Assembly: GCA_022813965.1 (NCBI GenBank)
Contig: JALDZS010000020.1
Coordinates: 1 to 64,000, forward strand
DNA from: Toensbergia leucococca
Taxonomy: Eukaryota
Length of the DNA: 64,000 nucleotides
Reading direction: 5' to 3'
Part shown: piece by piece, positions 25,341 to 38,653 of the stretch
How positions within the stretch are numbered: position 1 is the stretch's first letter
Layout of the letters: every line of letters begins with the position of its first letter
Notes under the pieces: model-generated
What the model was told of the DNA's origin: nothing
Databases searched by the model: none
Seen by the model: the letters and a program-made list of their open reading frames with translations, nothing else
Position numbers and translations under genes: made by a program

Positions 25341-25802
25341 ATGCCAGCGCCGCCTATGATTTTGCAAACAATGGTATCGCAATGGCTTACTCTTGAACGC
25401 AATTATGGGGAAGAATTTTAACGTCAACTCTCGTGTGGGTCAAGACTTGCGATGTCGTTCCCCGACTTGTCATCGTGCTGATTCATTCAGACCGTCACTG
25501 CACCAATCGTGGCATTCACCATGGCCGGATTGCTTTTTGTGTTTACCCGAACCTCGATTCAGGCCGCTAAAAGGAATGCTCAATCTCACCGCGATGCCGA
25601 TGGAGGCCAGATTGATTGGCGCAATGAAAGTCTAAGGAGACACGGTGCACTAGAAAGGCCAAAGGACCAGCAGCCAATACAGCAGCTAGTTTCCAGCCCA
25701 AAGTATGGTGTCGAGAAAGTTGTTGAAAAGGACGAAAAGAGGTTGGGGGAGCAAGAGATACTTTTATCGAGGAAGATTAAGGGCAAAGGGATGGAGAAAT
25801 GA
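25341..25802 (+). CDS. Small conserved fungal single-pass membrane protein of unknown function
   Basis: MPAPPM exon plus spliced TVTAPIVAFTMAGLLFVFTRTSIQAAKRNAQSHRDADGGQIDWRNESLRRHG. Confidence 0.62.
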
Positions 25803-26244
25803 TGGCTTGCTCGACAAACGGAATATTCAAACACCATATCGCATTTCTGACTCCGGTGTGCAGGATAGGCCACATTGTCGTCTCTGATCTCCGAAAGTCT
25901 TTCAGTTGAGAGCTATTCGAGCTATTTTACTTTGGCCGGAACTCCGAGGTGGAAAGAATGATTATGGGAGAAGCTGCAGAGAGCAGAACGAGTCCTGTAT
26001 GAGAGTGGATTTCCATGATTGTCGTAACAAGTCGAGGAGTGTAAACACATATAACATATCAGTAATATTCTGCATCAAAACTAGTAAACTAGTTCTTAAA
26101 TTGCGACGCCTCATCTCGGAAAATTGGCTGCAAACATGATGACGGACTCTACTCATCACGGCTGTACTCGGACCAATTACATAGATGCTTCCCTCTTGAA
26201 CTTACCATTTTCCGAGAAGTTGAGAGGCTTAAATTACTTTAGCA

Positions 26245-27086
26245 ATGGAGGACCAGATTGATAGATTGGTAGATAAGATTTGGGGTGAGCGTTGGGAACC
26301 TCATTCTCATCTAATTGACGGCTTATGATATCTCCAAGAGGAATACCAAAACGTTCCTGCTTCTCGGCGTCTCATGATAGCTGTATCTGGGATTCCTGGA
26401 TCAGGTATTATCATCGTTTACTCAGAGGCTCTATTCAGCCTTGCAATTGCATGCTCATAATATAGTAAGGAAAAACGACACTGGCCAGCCGAGTCTCACA
26501 ACGAATCAACGCTATTAATAACCAGCAGGCACCTGGCTGTACCTCTATCCAGATCTCAGCATTCGTCCCGCTCGACGGCTTTCACCTTTCCCGCGCCCGG
26601 TTATCCGCCTTGCCTGATCCCGCCAATGCTCACGCAAGGCGTGGAGCAGCGTTCACCTTTGATGACAAGTCTTTCCTCGCTCTCGTCCAAAAGCTCCGCG
26701 AACCCATCCTTCCTGAGAGCAGGACAATCTACGCTCCCTCCTTTGACCATGCTCTCAAAGATCCCGTGGCAGAGGATATTGCAATTCCACCAACCACACG
26801 TGTTCTGTTTTTTGAAGGAAATTATCTCAGCTTAAATAAGGGCCTGTGGAAGGAGGCGGCAATTCTGATGGATGAGCTGTGGTTTGTACATGTGGATTTC
26901 GAGACCGCTAGACGAAGGCTAGTCCAGAGACACTTAAAGGCAGGAATTGCCAAGGATGTGGAGGCAGCATATAAAAGGGTTGCGGAAAATGATCTTGTGA
27001 ATGGACAGGAAATCGTGGATAATAGGCTGGACGTACAAGAGATGATTAGTAGCAGGGAAGACCAGGGTTGGAAGGGATCGCAGTAG
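26245..27086 (+). CDS. YFH7: P-loop kinase, phosphoribulokinase/uridine kinase family (Yfh7-like)
   Basis: Walker A SGIPGSGKTT split by an intron, PLDGFHLSR, RRGAAFTFD, APSFDHALKDP, EGNYL, NDLVNG. Confidence 0.85.
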
Positions 27087-27624
27087 TTCGATGAGCAATG
27101 AGCCCATCTACCACGGATTGCAGACACCCCAACAGCCTGTGTGAATACATGTATTCTGAGATGAAGCGTATAGAGAGGTACTACGCTCATTTGAGGAAAA
27201 GAAGCTAGAACACGATTTGTTTTAGAGAATCCAATGCTGGAAGTCCTGAAAATCTGAAAGTAGATTTGCATTCGAGGCTCGTACAGTCTAATTCTAGCAA
27301 GGGAGGGTAAGCAAGTGGAGCCTTTTGCGTCAACAGCTACTACCCAATCATAAGACTATGAGTACAACTCGAGAAGATTTCCTGCTCTTTAAAGTCGGTG
27401 ATACGCACTGAATTACTACTTCAAATGAAGTAGACGCCCGGGCACCAGCTCCGTGGGGCTGTCGGGTTCAGAGGAGAACACCGTTCACATGCGATATCGT
27501 AAAACATCATGGGCTGTAATGTCAAAAAAGACTATGGATTAATGAGCCTGTTTCAATTTGCAAGAAACACGCGTAGAAGAGAGTAAGTAATCTAGCCAAG
27601 ATCTGGGACCTCTAAGGGTAAAGA

Positions 27625-29111
27625 CTATAGTCTTTCCCGTCGCGTGGGTCCCATTGGGTTCCGTCCTATTGCGTTCCGTCCCAGAGCATCAGTAGGAGCC
27701 CACCACTCTCTGGGGAGCTGCCTCTCTAGGCTGTCGAGATTAGCGTGGATTTGCTGAAGCTCCTCTTCTCTGTCTAATCTCTGTCCTTCCCTCACAAGCT
27801 GGTCGGCGCGATTAATAATCTGCTGGGCTGTTCTTCGGTGACTGCTGGAGGATAGGCCATTGGGATCCCGTGCCGGGGGACCCTCTGGAGCGGAGCCTTG
27901 CAACATCAGATACCGCTCATCTTCGGATTCGGACCCCTCGTCATCGGTGTTTTCGCATATCGTTGGATATTCCATGGTGTAGGAGGAAGACGTCGGTACT
28001 GTCAAAAGCGTATCAGAAGACGAAGCGGAGTTGGATGAAAGTGAAGATGCCGAGGCTGTCGCAGACGTGAACGAAGAATGAGCACTTGGTAAGCGTTCAT
28101 CTGGTGCAATTGTTGTCAATAGAGTATCCCAAGAGTTGTCATCGGGGCTGAAGCTTCTCCGGCGGTCTCCGAGGCCATCGACAAGATCTTGAGGAGCAAG
28201 TTCGCGGGTTCGTCGCAATGATCTTGGGTAACTGCGAGATTCCATTCGGTGTAGTAGCGGTAACTCATCTAGATCGCTGACGTTTGGCCGGTTCATCGTA
28301 TATCTCATAGCGTTCTCCTGATAGCGCGAGGTGGCGGCGGTAGATTCCTCTATTCTATAGGCGGGAGCAAACATCGGTGTGAGTGATGCAGCACCGAGTG
28401 GAGGCGTGGGAGAATGTGGAGACGATCCACTGGATGTGTTTCCCGAGGTATATGGAGGGGTAGGCCTGTAATCTGGAGGCGGAGACCTTCTTTCTTCCGG
28501 TCTTGCCAAGGAAGAGACAGTCTCCAAGCCAGAGAAACTAGAATTGGGTCCCCGTCTCGGATAGTGTCGTGGTTCTGGCACTGGTGGTAGTGGTGGTGCC
28601 ATGTCATATCTTGTGGAAGATTCCCGAGGTATCCTCATAAGTTGTCCGGGACGCTCGTAGCTGAGTGCATCTCGAAGTAGCGCTCGGCCACTTTCTTGTC
28701 GTCTCCGATTGCTTGCTTCAGCACGCGCAACGTCGGCCTCAGCCTCAACACGACTGGTGGATGGGGAATTAGTCGCAGCAGCTGTTCCGTGGTCACGACG
28801 TATGATCTCCAGCAGAGAGCGTCTGTCAGCATCCCTGGATCGACCGTACGAGCGTGAGCGCGATGTTGGAGGATGGTCTCGGACTTGCGGATTATATCTA
28901 ACTGTGCGGCGAATAGCCGATCGTGCTGGGGCTGAATGGTCTGCCTTAATTGCTGCCTTGGACTCGATCACCTCGGGTTCGTGAAACATTCTATGTGAGA
29001 GCACATGATCAGCATAAATTTCCAGCCTCGAAATTGTGTGTGCACAGTTAGACGCGCGAGCCGATCGCGACAACGAGATGAGGCTGGACAGTGGACTTAC
29101 GGTAAGCCCAT
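27625..29111 (-). CDS. Conserved Pezizomycotina hypothetical protein, low-complexity
   Basis: 11-nt first exon ATGGGCTTACC|GTAAGT giving MGLPMFHEP..; blocks RSAIRR, DGLGDRRRSFSP, WDTLLTTIAPD..PSAHSSF. Confidence 0.7.
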
Positions 29112-29504
29112 TTTGCATGGCGCAAAGTATTCAACAGCGTCAGACAGATGAAGAGGTCACGATGGTGTTCGTGTACAAGAAAATAGTGAAGTGAACAGAT
29201 TTTGAGATGGGAATGGAAGTGGGTAAGGATGAGGGTGACTGAGGTTTGCGACCAAGGAGGCTGAAGCAGCACACCCCGAGCCCCCTGCCGATTCACACTA
29301 GAATATTCTAGCGTCGTTTACGGCGACACAGCTTTGAGTGCGGAGGACAACCCTCGAACTGCAAATCCCACTTTACATACTTTGTATTCGTGCCTGAGCC
29401 TTACTTAGTCAGTTTGTCTTTTATGAATCACCATCACCCACGACACTCTGCAACAAGTGCAATTACACATCATGAATGAGCCATGTTCAACATAAGCTGG
29501 AGTG

Positions 29505-30752
29505 ATGATTGAGCTTGGTCTGGCACGTATTGGTCGTCTTTTGCAGCACACTACCTTGCGCTGGCGTGCTATTCATGTAGCAGGTACCAATGGGAAAGGC
29601 TCCGTCTGTGCCTACATCTCGGCGATGCTGAACTCCGGAAATATAAAATGTGGCCGTTTTACTTCCCCTCATCTGATAGACAGGTGGGATTGCATCACTA
29701 TCAATGAGGAAACCGTCAAGGAATCTCTTTTCCTCCAAGTCGAGGCCCAGGTAAAATTGAAGGACAAAAATGAAGACATCAGAGCCTCCGAGTTTGAGCT
29801 ACTAACTGCTACAGCGTTCGAGATTTTCGCTCAGGAGAATGTTGACGTAGGCGTCGTTGAGGTTGGTTTAGGTGGCCGGCTGGATGCAACGAACATTCTT
29901 CAAAACCCGATGGTCACTGTGATCACGAGGATAGGGAAAGACCATCAATCTTTCTTAGGCCATTCTTTGGAGGAAATTGCACTTCAAAAGGCGGGTATCA
30001 TGAAAGAAGCAGCAACCTGCGTCGTTGACGGGACCAATCCACCCAGTGTGCTTCAAGTGCTGGAGACGAATGCACAGAAAGTCAAAGCAGGACCAGTAAT
30101 CATCGTATCACCAGCCCTTGGCGAAGTACAAAACGATGTGTGGAGAGTGTTATCAAAGAACGACTTTGAGCACCACCAGCAGACTAATATTTGCCTCGCC
30201 CTCGAAGCAGTCAAGAACGCACTCTATGAATTGAAATCTTCGCAGAACTCTCTTCGATTATTACCGGCTGTCTTAGCAGTTCAATGGCCTGGTCGATTAC
30301 AGCGCTTAAGCTTGAAGCTTCTGACTGGCCGTCAGCCAGACATACTGCTTGATGGCGCTCACAACGCCCAGTCTGCTGAAGTTCTCGGTTCCTTCGTGAA
30401 GCGCAAACTGCGTACCACTGCATCTTCGGTGACTTGGGTTATCGCATTCTCACAAGGCAAGGTCTTACAAGAATTGCTCGCACACCTGATCGAGCCTGGG
30501 GATAACGTTGTTGCTGTCAGCTTTGGGCCAGTAGCAGGAATGCCGTGGGTGCAACCCACCAAGGTGGAGGATATATTGAATGCAGTACAAAAGACAGGTA
30601 AAGTCGATCACGTTCATAGTGTTGCAGACAACGTGGAGGAGGCTCTTCGTTGGGCCACTACGACTTCGGATGGTGGGCCGCTTGTGGTTGCTGGGAGCCT
30701 TTATCTTGTCTCGGACGTGTTGCGCTTATTGAGAGACATAGGTGATGCATAG
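29505..30752 (+). CDS. FOL3: Dihydrofolate synthetase (FolC/FPGS family), intronless
   Basis: MIELGL, IHVAGTNGKGS, FTSPHL, VEVGLGGRLDATN, WPGRLQ, LLDGAHN, AGSLYLV. Confidence 0.88.
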   Translation: MIELGLARIGRLLQHTTLRWRAIHVAGTNGKGSVCAYISAMLNSGNIKCGRFTSPHLIDRWDCITINEETVKESLFLQVEAQVKLKDKNEDIRASEFELLTATAFEIFAQENVDVGVVEVGLGGRLDATNILQNPMVTVITRIGKDHQSFLGHSLEEIALQKAGIMKEAATCVVDGTNPPSVLQVLETNAQKVKAGPVIIVSPALGEVQNDVWRVLSKNDFEHHQQTNICLALEAVKNALYELKSSQNSLRLLPAVLAVQWPGRLQRLSLKLLTGRQPDILLDGAHNAQSAEVLGSFVKRKLRTTASSVTWVIAFSQGKVLQELLAHLIEPGDNVVAVSFGPVAGMPWVQPTKVEDILNAVQKTGKVDHVHSVADNVEEALRWATTTSDGGPLVVAGSLYLVSDVLRLLRDIGDA

Positions 30753-31431
30753 GAGATACAATTTCTTATCTCACAAGTGTTCTTAGGAATAAGTCCGATC
30801 GTTACGAATAGCAACGGCTCTAAATACTGATGATGGACAGCCCTGAAGATAGAAGTAATGAATTGCAATTCGTAGAGCATACATCCCAAGTCGGCTACAT
30901 GAACACTTGATTGTCCTGCCACGCAATCGATACTAGAACCAAGGTAAGGTAGGTATCGAGCTGTCTTACACCCAGCGATACTCGTACAGAGTATAGAGTA
31001 ATTCGCAGGAGATTCGAGGGGTTATGCCTGGGTCGGGGCACGGACGCCCTTCCCCTGCAGCCTACTCGTACGTGACCTTGTAAATAAAGAATCTTCAAAT
31101 CCAACTAATAGCCGTACCGATTATTGCTGACATAGGACTGGGACTCTCGTGGAGGAGAAGTGATGCAAGAAGTAAGAGGAGAAGAACTCCAATGATCCAG
31201 TGAATATTGACTTGATCTGACATTGAGCCGTGTTGAGAACAGACTCGCATGCCTCTCTGCAGGACATGCCATACATCTTAATTACACTCTATGCGCCGCA
31301 AACCAATCCTGATCTATCTCGGAAGGCGCAAAAAAAAGAGCTGTCCTCAGAGAAGCACGTCATAATGGTAATTGCTATGAAGTTTTGGAGTAAAATATCC
31401 AACAAGTCAAATTGAATTCAACCATCCAAGC

Positions 31432-34400
31432 ATGGTGTCAAGACCTCCGCACTCAGTGCACCATGGAGCAGATGCACGTCAGGGTAACGGGACGCCTGCC
31501 CAGAGCAAGGGTGCTCTTAAGGAAACCCCAAAGGATACAAATGGGCAGGATACTTCACGTCCCCTCGGTCACGAGGGAAGCACGCCCAGCTCTGCCCAAG
31601 ATGTTGCTGAACTCAAAGACTATGTAAGTCTTTCAGCAAGACCGTTGCAGATATCCATAGAGACCTTTTTCCTGACACACAAGGCAGCAACTGGGGGACT
31701 GTCTTGGAAAAGGAGCTTTCGGCTCAGTTTACAGAGCACTGAACATGGGCACAGGGGAGACGGTAGCTGTAAAGCAAGTGAAGCTTGCAGACTTGCCGAA
31801 AAGTGAGCTGAGAGTCATCACTGTATAGTTCCCTGCAATCTCAGACGTGAGCGGCCGAAGGTACTGATAGCATAATGACTAGCTTGAAATCGACCTTCTG
31901 AAGAACTTGGACGTAAGATTTCACTTTGATACTCTTAAAGCGATCTGATACTTAGGTCCTTAGCATCCGAACATCGTCAAGTATCGTGGCTTCGTCAAGT
32001 CTGCAGAATCTTTGAATATCATCCTCGAGTACGTGCTTCTATCACAACATAAGGCGGCTGTCTAAATCGTACAGGTACTGCGAAAATGGCTCTCTCCATT
32101 CAATTTCCAAAAATTTTGGAAAGTTTCCGGAAAACCTCGTGGGCCTGTACATGTCTCAAGTACTTCATGGACTGCTCTATCTTCACGAGCAAGGTGTCAT
32201 ACATCGGGATATCAAGGGAGCCAATATATTGACAACAAAGCAAGGACTTGTCAAATTAGCAGACTTTGGTGTTGCTACACGAACTACAACACTTCACGAA
32301 TCTAGCGTTGTAGGGACGCCGTATTGGATGGCGCCAGAAGTAATCGAATTATCTGGAGCAACCACAGCATCAGATATCTGGAGCCTAGGCTGTACAGTGA
32401 TAGAGCTTTTGGATGGAAAGCCGCCTTACCACAAGTTGCAGCCCATGCATGCACTTTTCCGAATTGTTAACGATGATCACCCTCCATTGCCGGAGGGAGC
32501 TTCTCCAGTCTGTGTTGTCAACCTAAGCGGTATGAGCGATGCTAAATTATATGATAGATAGTTCGAGATTTCTTGATGCAATGCTTCCAGAAAGATCCGA
32601 ACCTTAGAGTCTCCGCACGCAAGCTTTTAAAACACCCTTGGATCGTCAATGCTCGGAGATCAGACTCGATTGTACCCAAAAAACCCACAGAATACGAGGA
32701 AGCCGTAAAAAGTGTACAGCAGTGGAACGAGGCCTTGAAGTCCCCAAACGCAAGCTCATTGCGAAGGGCGTCACGTCCAATGTCTTCCAGCCCTATTCCT
32801 GGACGGCGCGAGCCACCTCCTACTTTGATCACGCCCGCTAAAGGTCCTTTGAGTTTGGCAAAACCAAGACTCATCACCGAGCAGTTCCGGTCTCCTGACA
32901 CTACAGCTGATGATAATTGGGATGATGACTTTGCCTCCGCGATATCTCCCAGCGCATTACAACTCTCACATCTTAGGCCACACGACAACTTCGGTGGCTT
33001 ACTCTCGTCAGAAAAGCTCAAGGCATACGCTTCCTTTGAGACTGTGACCGAAGAGGTAGACTGGAACAGCAACTTCGAAGGGGATCTAACTGTCAAAAGT
33101 CCCATGCAGTTAATTGGGTCTGATCCATTGCAGACCATCCGTCCGTTCTACCCTAAACGAGCAGACGCTGATGAGATGAAATACAACGCGCCTATCGCGC
33201 TTTCTAAAGTTCCAGAGCGAATGACCTCCCAGCCAGCGGGGCGTTCAGTCGCTGTGGCACCGTCTAGTCAATGGAACCAGCCCTCCTCTCTGAACTCAGG
33301 AGCAATACGTTCTAACAAACTCTACCGAGAAAATTCGGTGGAAGATTATTCAGATCTTATCCTACCGAACGGTGCAGCTCTAGAGAACAAGTTTCTTGGC
33401 AACAAGGTATAGAATCCAACCTCTGATACAAGTAGCCGCTTAGCTCATAGGCATCCATAGAATAGTGGTTCGCTCTCTCCTAGACTATTTCATCCTTCCG
33501 ACTTAGCAGGTTTAGCACGCTCAGTGCAACCTTCGAAACCGGGTGGCAGCTTACGACGCCAACCTTTGCCGTCCAGGCAGCCACTGATGCGACGAACAAG
33601 ATCTTCAGTTGAAATTCAGAGGTATGTAGAGGACGAGCAAGACGAGGACTTTTCGGACATATTCGGAAAGCCTCCCGCTGTCTTCGAAAAGCCGGAAAGC
33701 GAAAAGGGGTCCGAATCTGGAACTCTCATGTTGACTTCAAAGCTTTCGAACAACTCGTGGCTAGGCGATGATGATGACGACGACGACCCATTTGCTCAAC
33801 TAGAAGAGGGTTTCGATGAGACCGATCTAGAAGCAAATGTTGCTCGTGATAAATATGCGCGACTGTGTACACAAGTCGAAGGGCTTGTTGGCTCTTTAAA
33901 GATCTCTCAAGCAGACGACATACTGGCGGATCTGTCCGAGCAGCTTCTCGAGGTTTTGTCTGATTCGCCAGAGACGAAAAGTGTTATCATCAGCGCTCAC
34001 GGCATGCTCCCCATGTTGGAGATTTTGGAGACCTGCCGGCGTCGAGACGTGGTATTCCATCTTCTCAAAATAGTTAATACCATAATCTTCAACGACGTTG
34101 AGATCCAAGAAAACCTCTGCTTCGTTGGGGGCATTCCAATCATCACCAAATTCGCCTCTAAGAAGCATTCTAGTGAGATTCGACTTGAAGCAGCAGCTTT
34201 TGTGCGGCAAATGTTCCAGACATCAACATTGACCTTGCAGATGTTCGTCAGTGCCGGTGGTCTTAAGGTGCTCGTGGAATTCCTTGAAGAGGACTACGAG
34301 GAGGAACGTGATCTGGTACTCATTGGAGTCAATGGAGTATGGAGTGTCTTCGAATTGCAAGGCCCCACCCCCAAGAATGATTTCTGTCGAATTCTGTCTA

Positions 34401-35947
34401 GAAATTCTGTTCTTGACCCATTATCTCTCGTCTTGAGTAGGGTCCTCGATGAAGAAGGTGAATTAGCGGAGCTTTGCGAAGGTCGGATTGCGAACATATT
34501 TTTTCTCTTCTCGCAAGCCGAGAACCATGTGAAAGATATTGTTGCTGATCGGACGGTATTGCACCGTACGCAAGCACTCCGGACCAATTCCGAGAGCTGA
34601 TGCTAACTTGGCTATAGGTGTTCTCAAGGAATTAAAGAGGATGTCTCCGAATCACCAGATCACAATGCTCAAGTTCATCAAAAACCTTTCTATGCTATCG
34701 ACTACCCTTGACTCGCTACAAAATTCAAATGCAATAGACGTTCTCACAGAGTTACTTCGAACGAGCACCAAAGAACCACACTTTAGAGAGATCTCGAATC
34801 AAGTTCTTAACACAATCTATAATTTGTGCCGGTTGAACAAATCAAGACAGGAGGATGCTGCGCTCAACGGCATCATTCCAGTTCTCCAGCGTATCGTCAA
34901 GACCGAACGACCGCTGAAAGAGTTTGCCCTCCCCATATTGTGTGATATGGCACATTCTGGCAAGGTCGGAAGACGAGAGCTATGGCGCAATAAGGGTCTG
35001 CCCTTTTACATTTCTCTTCTGGCGGATCCATACTGGCAGGTAACAGCTTTGGACGCGATTTTCATTTGGTATGGTAATTGTCGTATAATTGATTGCAGTG
35101 CCTAATTAAACTGACTTCTGTCAGGCTCCAAGAGGAGACTGCGAAAGTGGAGGAGCATCTTCTTGACGGATCTTTCACAAAAGCTATCGTCAAATGCTTT
35201 ACCACTTCCAAGGCCAATGCTTTCGAGAATCTTCTCGAGCCTCTCCAGAAACTCCTCCGCTTGAGCCCACCAATCGCCCTCAGCTTAGCTCACCCCGACC
35301 TTTTCAGCCGCATTCTACAAAAATTGCAATCGAACAAAGCTGTGGTTAGACTGAACCTCCTGCGCGTTATACGAAGTATTTGCGACGCCAGTGAAGAACA
35401 AGGAAGCCTGATCCGTCGATATGGCCTTGCTGAAACAATCCAACGACTCGCAGAAGTCGACGGAGCGGTACTTGTCAGAAACATGGCCGGCGAGCTGATT
35501 AAGTCAAGTGATTTTAATCATAAGCCTGGTATAAGTAGTGGTAAGCGCAGGCCAGGGAGACGCGCTAGTTCCCTGACCACACCCCCCGACATATTGATGA
35601 ATCATTCAATGCCACCGACACCAACAGGCAGCCGTTCCACGCAATCAACGAACTACTTGAATGATGGCTATGGAAGACAACGAAATGTTGTCAATAGGCC
35701 TGTAGCTTTCAGGCCTGTCAGCAGGGACGGCAATAATGCGCATGGCTCAATGAATGCACCTGGCAGTGCCTCGAAAAGTCGATTACCGAGGACAACCCTG
35801 AGCCGGGCAGGACGGCCGTCGCTAATAGTAGCGTCAAAAAAGGAGGAGAATATTGTGCCAACAGCTTCTGATCAAGGAACGCCTTCCTTACCAACGCCTA
35901 ATTCAAGAAGACGGAGGCAAGTCAGTGGGGAGGCACGATGGTCGTGA
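31432..35947 (+). CDS. sepH: Septation initiation/mitotic exit network kinase SepH (Cdc15/Cdc7)
   Basis: N-terminal STE kinase ([26 protein letters not shown]), DNWDDDF motif, C-terminal armadillo-like repeats. Confidence 0.92.
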
Positions 35948-36197
35948 GGTTCTGCTGGAGGGACTGTTGAAGGGTTGTGCATGGCCAACGGAGTTATTAA
36001 GGAAGAAGCGCATAGCCTGACCAACGGTGTTTGTGACTTGCCTGGAGGACAGGTATGATGTGCTGTCTTGAGTCATGAACGGTATTAATGAAAGCATTTT
36101 GCACTTTTATGAGCATGGTGAATTGGAATGTTCTTCCAAAGTCACATTGTTTTAGCATTGGCCACTATCTCTTGGTTGGGAACGTGATAGTTGAGAA

Positions 36198-36723
36198 GGC
36201 TAATGTTACGTAGACACCCCGATTGGTAGCCCTAACCTCGCGCAACATTGCAGGGGGAAACATCATGATCGTGCACCACATTCTGACTCATTTCTTCGCC
36301 TCTATCGCGTGCTGTTCAGACGCAATATCACACTGGCAAACATCGTGATTTCACACCAGATTTTGACTTGATTCTCCACTCCCTCAATATTGTCACGTTC
36401 CATTCCCAGTACACTAACCTCATCGTCCAGCACCCTACCTACTTCACCTCACCGCCGCTAAGGATCTTGAAGGGGGAGGCTGCTGAGGACGTCGCCGTTC
36501 AATTTGGATGGGGAATTGTTTCAGGCCTCAGTTTGTTTAAATAGTTGAATTAGGCGGAGAGTTCGATTCAAAAATGAAGTGCAAAGTCGTGATGTTTCAC
36601 TGTGTCAATTGTCAGTATTACGCCACGTTAGGGCTGCCAGGGGCACTCAGCAGGCGTTAGTCGAGGAGGTTTTCAATGTACGAATATCAAAAAGGGGTGT
36701 CCATGTACTCCGTAATATTGCCC
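36198..36723. mobile_element. Old degenerate MITE related to the GG-terminated family
   Basis: Right end TATCAAAAAGGGGTGTCC..TAATATTGCCC mirrors left GGCTAATGTTACG..GACACCCC; carries AAACATC(A/G)TGAT subterminal motifs; no clear direct TSD. Confidence 0.5.
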
Positions 36724-37019
36724 ACTATCTCAGTCGCACTCAGTAAGCGGAGGCAACCAGCCTGAAGGGGCTTAGATATCTTGGCGGTCTGAGGTACTGA
36801 GGCAACCGTATCATAAGAAACTATGATGCATGACGTAATAGGTCATGGCAGCAAGAAAAGCCGGCCATGCCCAGATTTAGGCCTAGCGTGCAGCCCCTTC
36901 AAAACCAAGTCACCTGCTGAATTTCTTTTTCCTTCTCCAAACAAACTCCATTCATCAACTTCCAATCTCTTTCGAATCCAACATTTTATCACACCCATCA
37001 CACCCATCAGTCTATCGCA

Positions 37020-37829
37020 ATGGCTACTCTCCACTGTAAGTGACTGCTCCGTCATATCGATTGATGATCTGCAATGCCTGCTTCGTGTAAGGTGACGACA
37101 CTCGCGACGTAGCATTGTCAAGGCCATTATCTCAATCACTGGTCATCATGTTTGGGTCGAGCATCTTATTATATCTGTATAGCTTGCTCTCCTATCCAGA
37201 TAGCAGTATCTTCGTTTCTGCTTATGTTCCTTTTGATTTTTACTGGAACCTCTTCAAGCCACTTTCCCATCTCCTCAGATTAACTAATTCGGTTTCTCAA
37301 TTATAGACCTCCCACCTGTTAAGCCCTCTGCTATCGCTCTCGGCACCATTTTTAACCACACCGCTTCCCTTGCCATTCTCGCTCCCGTCTTCGGTGACAC
37401 CTACCACCGTGCACAAGCTGCCAACTCCAAAGAAGAATTCCTCAAGTCCAAGGAGGCCGCGGGTGCCGCAGCTGCATGGGGCTCTTCGCTTGTCGGCAGT
37501 GCCATCCAGTCCTATGGTGTTGGTGCTTTGATCAACGCAACGGGTACGCTCAGCTACAAGGGCGCAGCCTACCTGGGTAGTTTGATCTTCATGGCCAGTT
37601 CGGCACCTTCCGTGAGTCCCTTATTCCGCCTCTCTACTATGATGCTTAAATTGCCATCGTATTGGCGAGGTCAACAATTGACATGCAGTTGTAGTTCATC
37701 TCCCAAATTTTCACCGAGAAGCGTCCCCTCGACACCGTCGCTGTGGGAGCTCTTGCCCGTGTCTTCGAGACCGTTGGCCTTAGCTTGTTCCTCACTTGGT
37801 GGGGAACTCGCACTAACCCTTTCGACTAA
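37020..37829 (+). CDS. Small multi-pass membrane protein (DUF1761-like), 3 exons
   Basis: Spliced MATLHYLPPVKPSAIALGTIFNH..QSYGVGALINATGTLSYKGAAYLG..EKRPLDTV..FLTWWGTRTNPFD; strong codon bias. Confidence 0.75.
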
Positions 37830-38653
37830 GTTCGTCACTTTTGAAGCGCTGGATCTGACAGAAGGAAATGCAGATCAGCATGCTGTGTTTAGAGGGCGGG
37901 CAGTGTGTACGGGAACGGTGGAAGCAGCCTTGTATACGCTCGATAGCAGCAATATTTTCTCTCCCGAGTCTACCGGTTTCCATAGCCGTAGTGCAATAGC
38001 TCGATTGTAACAATATCAATTTGATGAAAAACTGCATTCGAGTGTGCTACCTGAATTTTGAAACAATTTTATGGCAGAAAGGAGATTCATGATAGAGATG
38101 ACGGGCATTTGGGACACTTTCTCACCATCACCTGCTTCTCGTATATACTCACGTAGAATCACGACATTGCCATGAAAGTACACCTTAAAATTGGCCGATG
38201 ATAGGAGTAAGACTCGGAGTGAATAATGAGATGACGTCCGCCCCGGTTTTGTAGAGAGATGAACATGCCAGGAGGCGCTACCGCCTCATCAAAAGCTTTC
38301 TGAACCCCGAGCTAGATTGCTATGAACAAATTTGACCATTGCACCATTTGCCTGGGTACAACAAGGCTCGCAACATGCCGGCCGTGCCTTGTACAATACC
38401 AACGATAAATCCGTGGCCGAAATCCTAGATCAGCTTAGGAAATGTGCCAACTACAATTTCCACAAGCACTAGGGGAAATTTGGAGGGAAATACCAATGGC
38501 ACTAATGAGAAACGAAATTCGCGTGCGATCGAGGTACCGAAAAGGTACATCTATGAAAAGAGGTGATACTCCAAGCTCGCTACAAGAATTCTTGTATCTC
38601 AGGCATTGTGATGAGAATCATAGCGCAGTGTCTATAAGATCTGGGGTGCAGAC

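Noticed and set aside
29298..29311. Palindrome CTAGAATATTCTAG (heat-shock-element-like)
   Set aside because: Only two nGAAn units; insufficient to call a regulatory site
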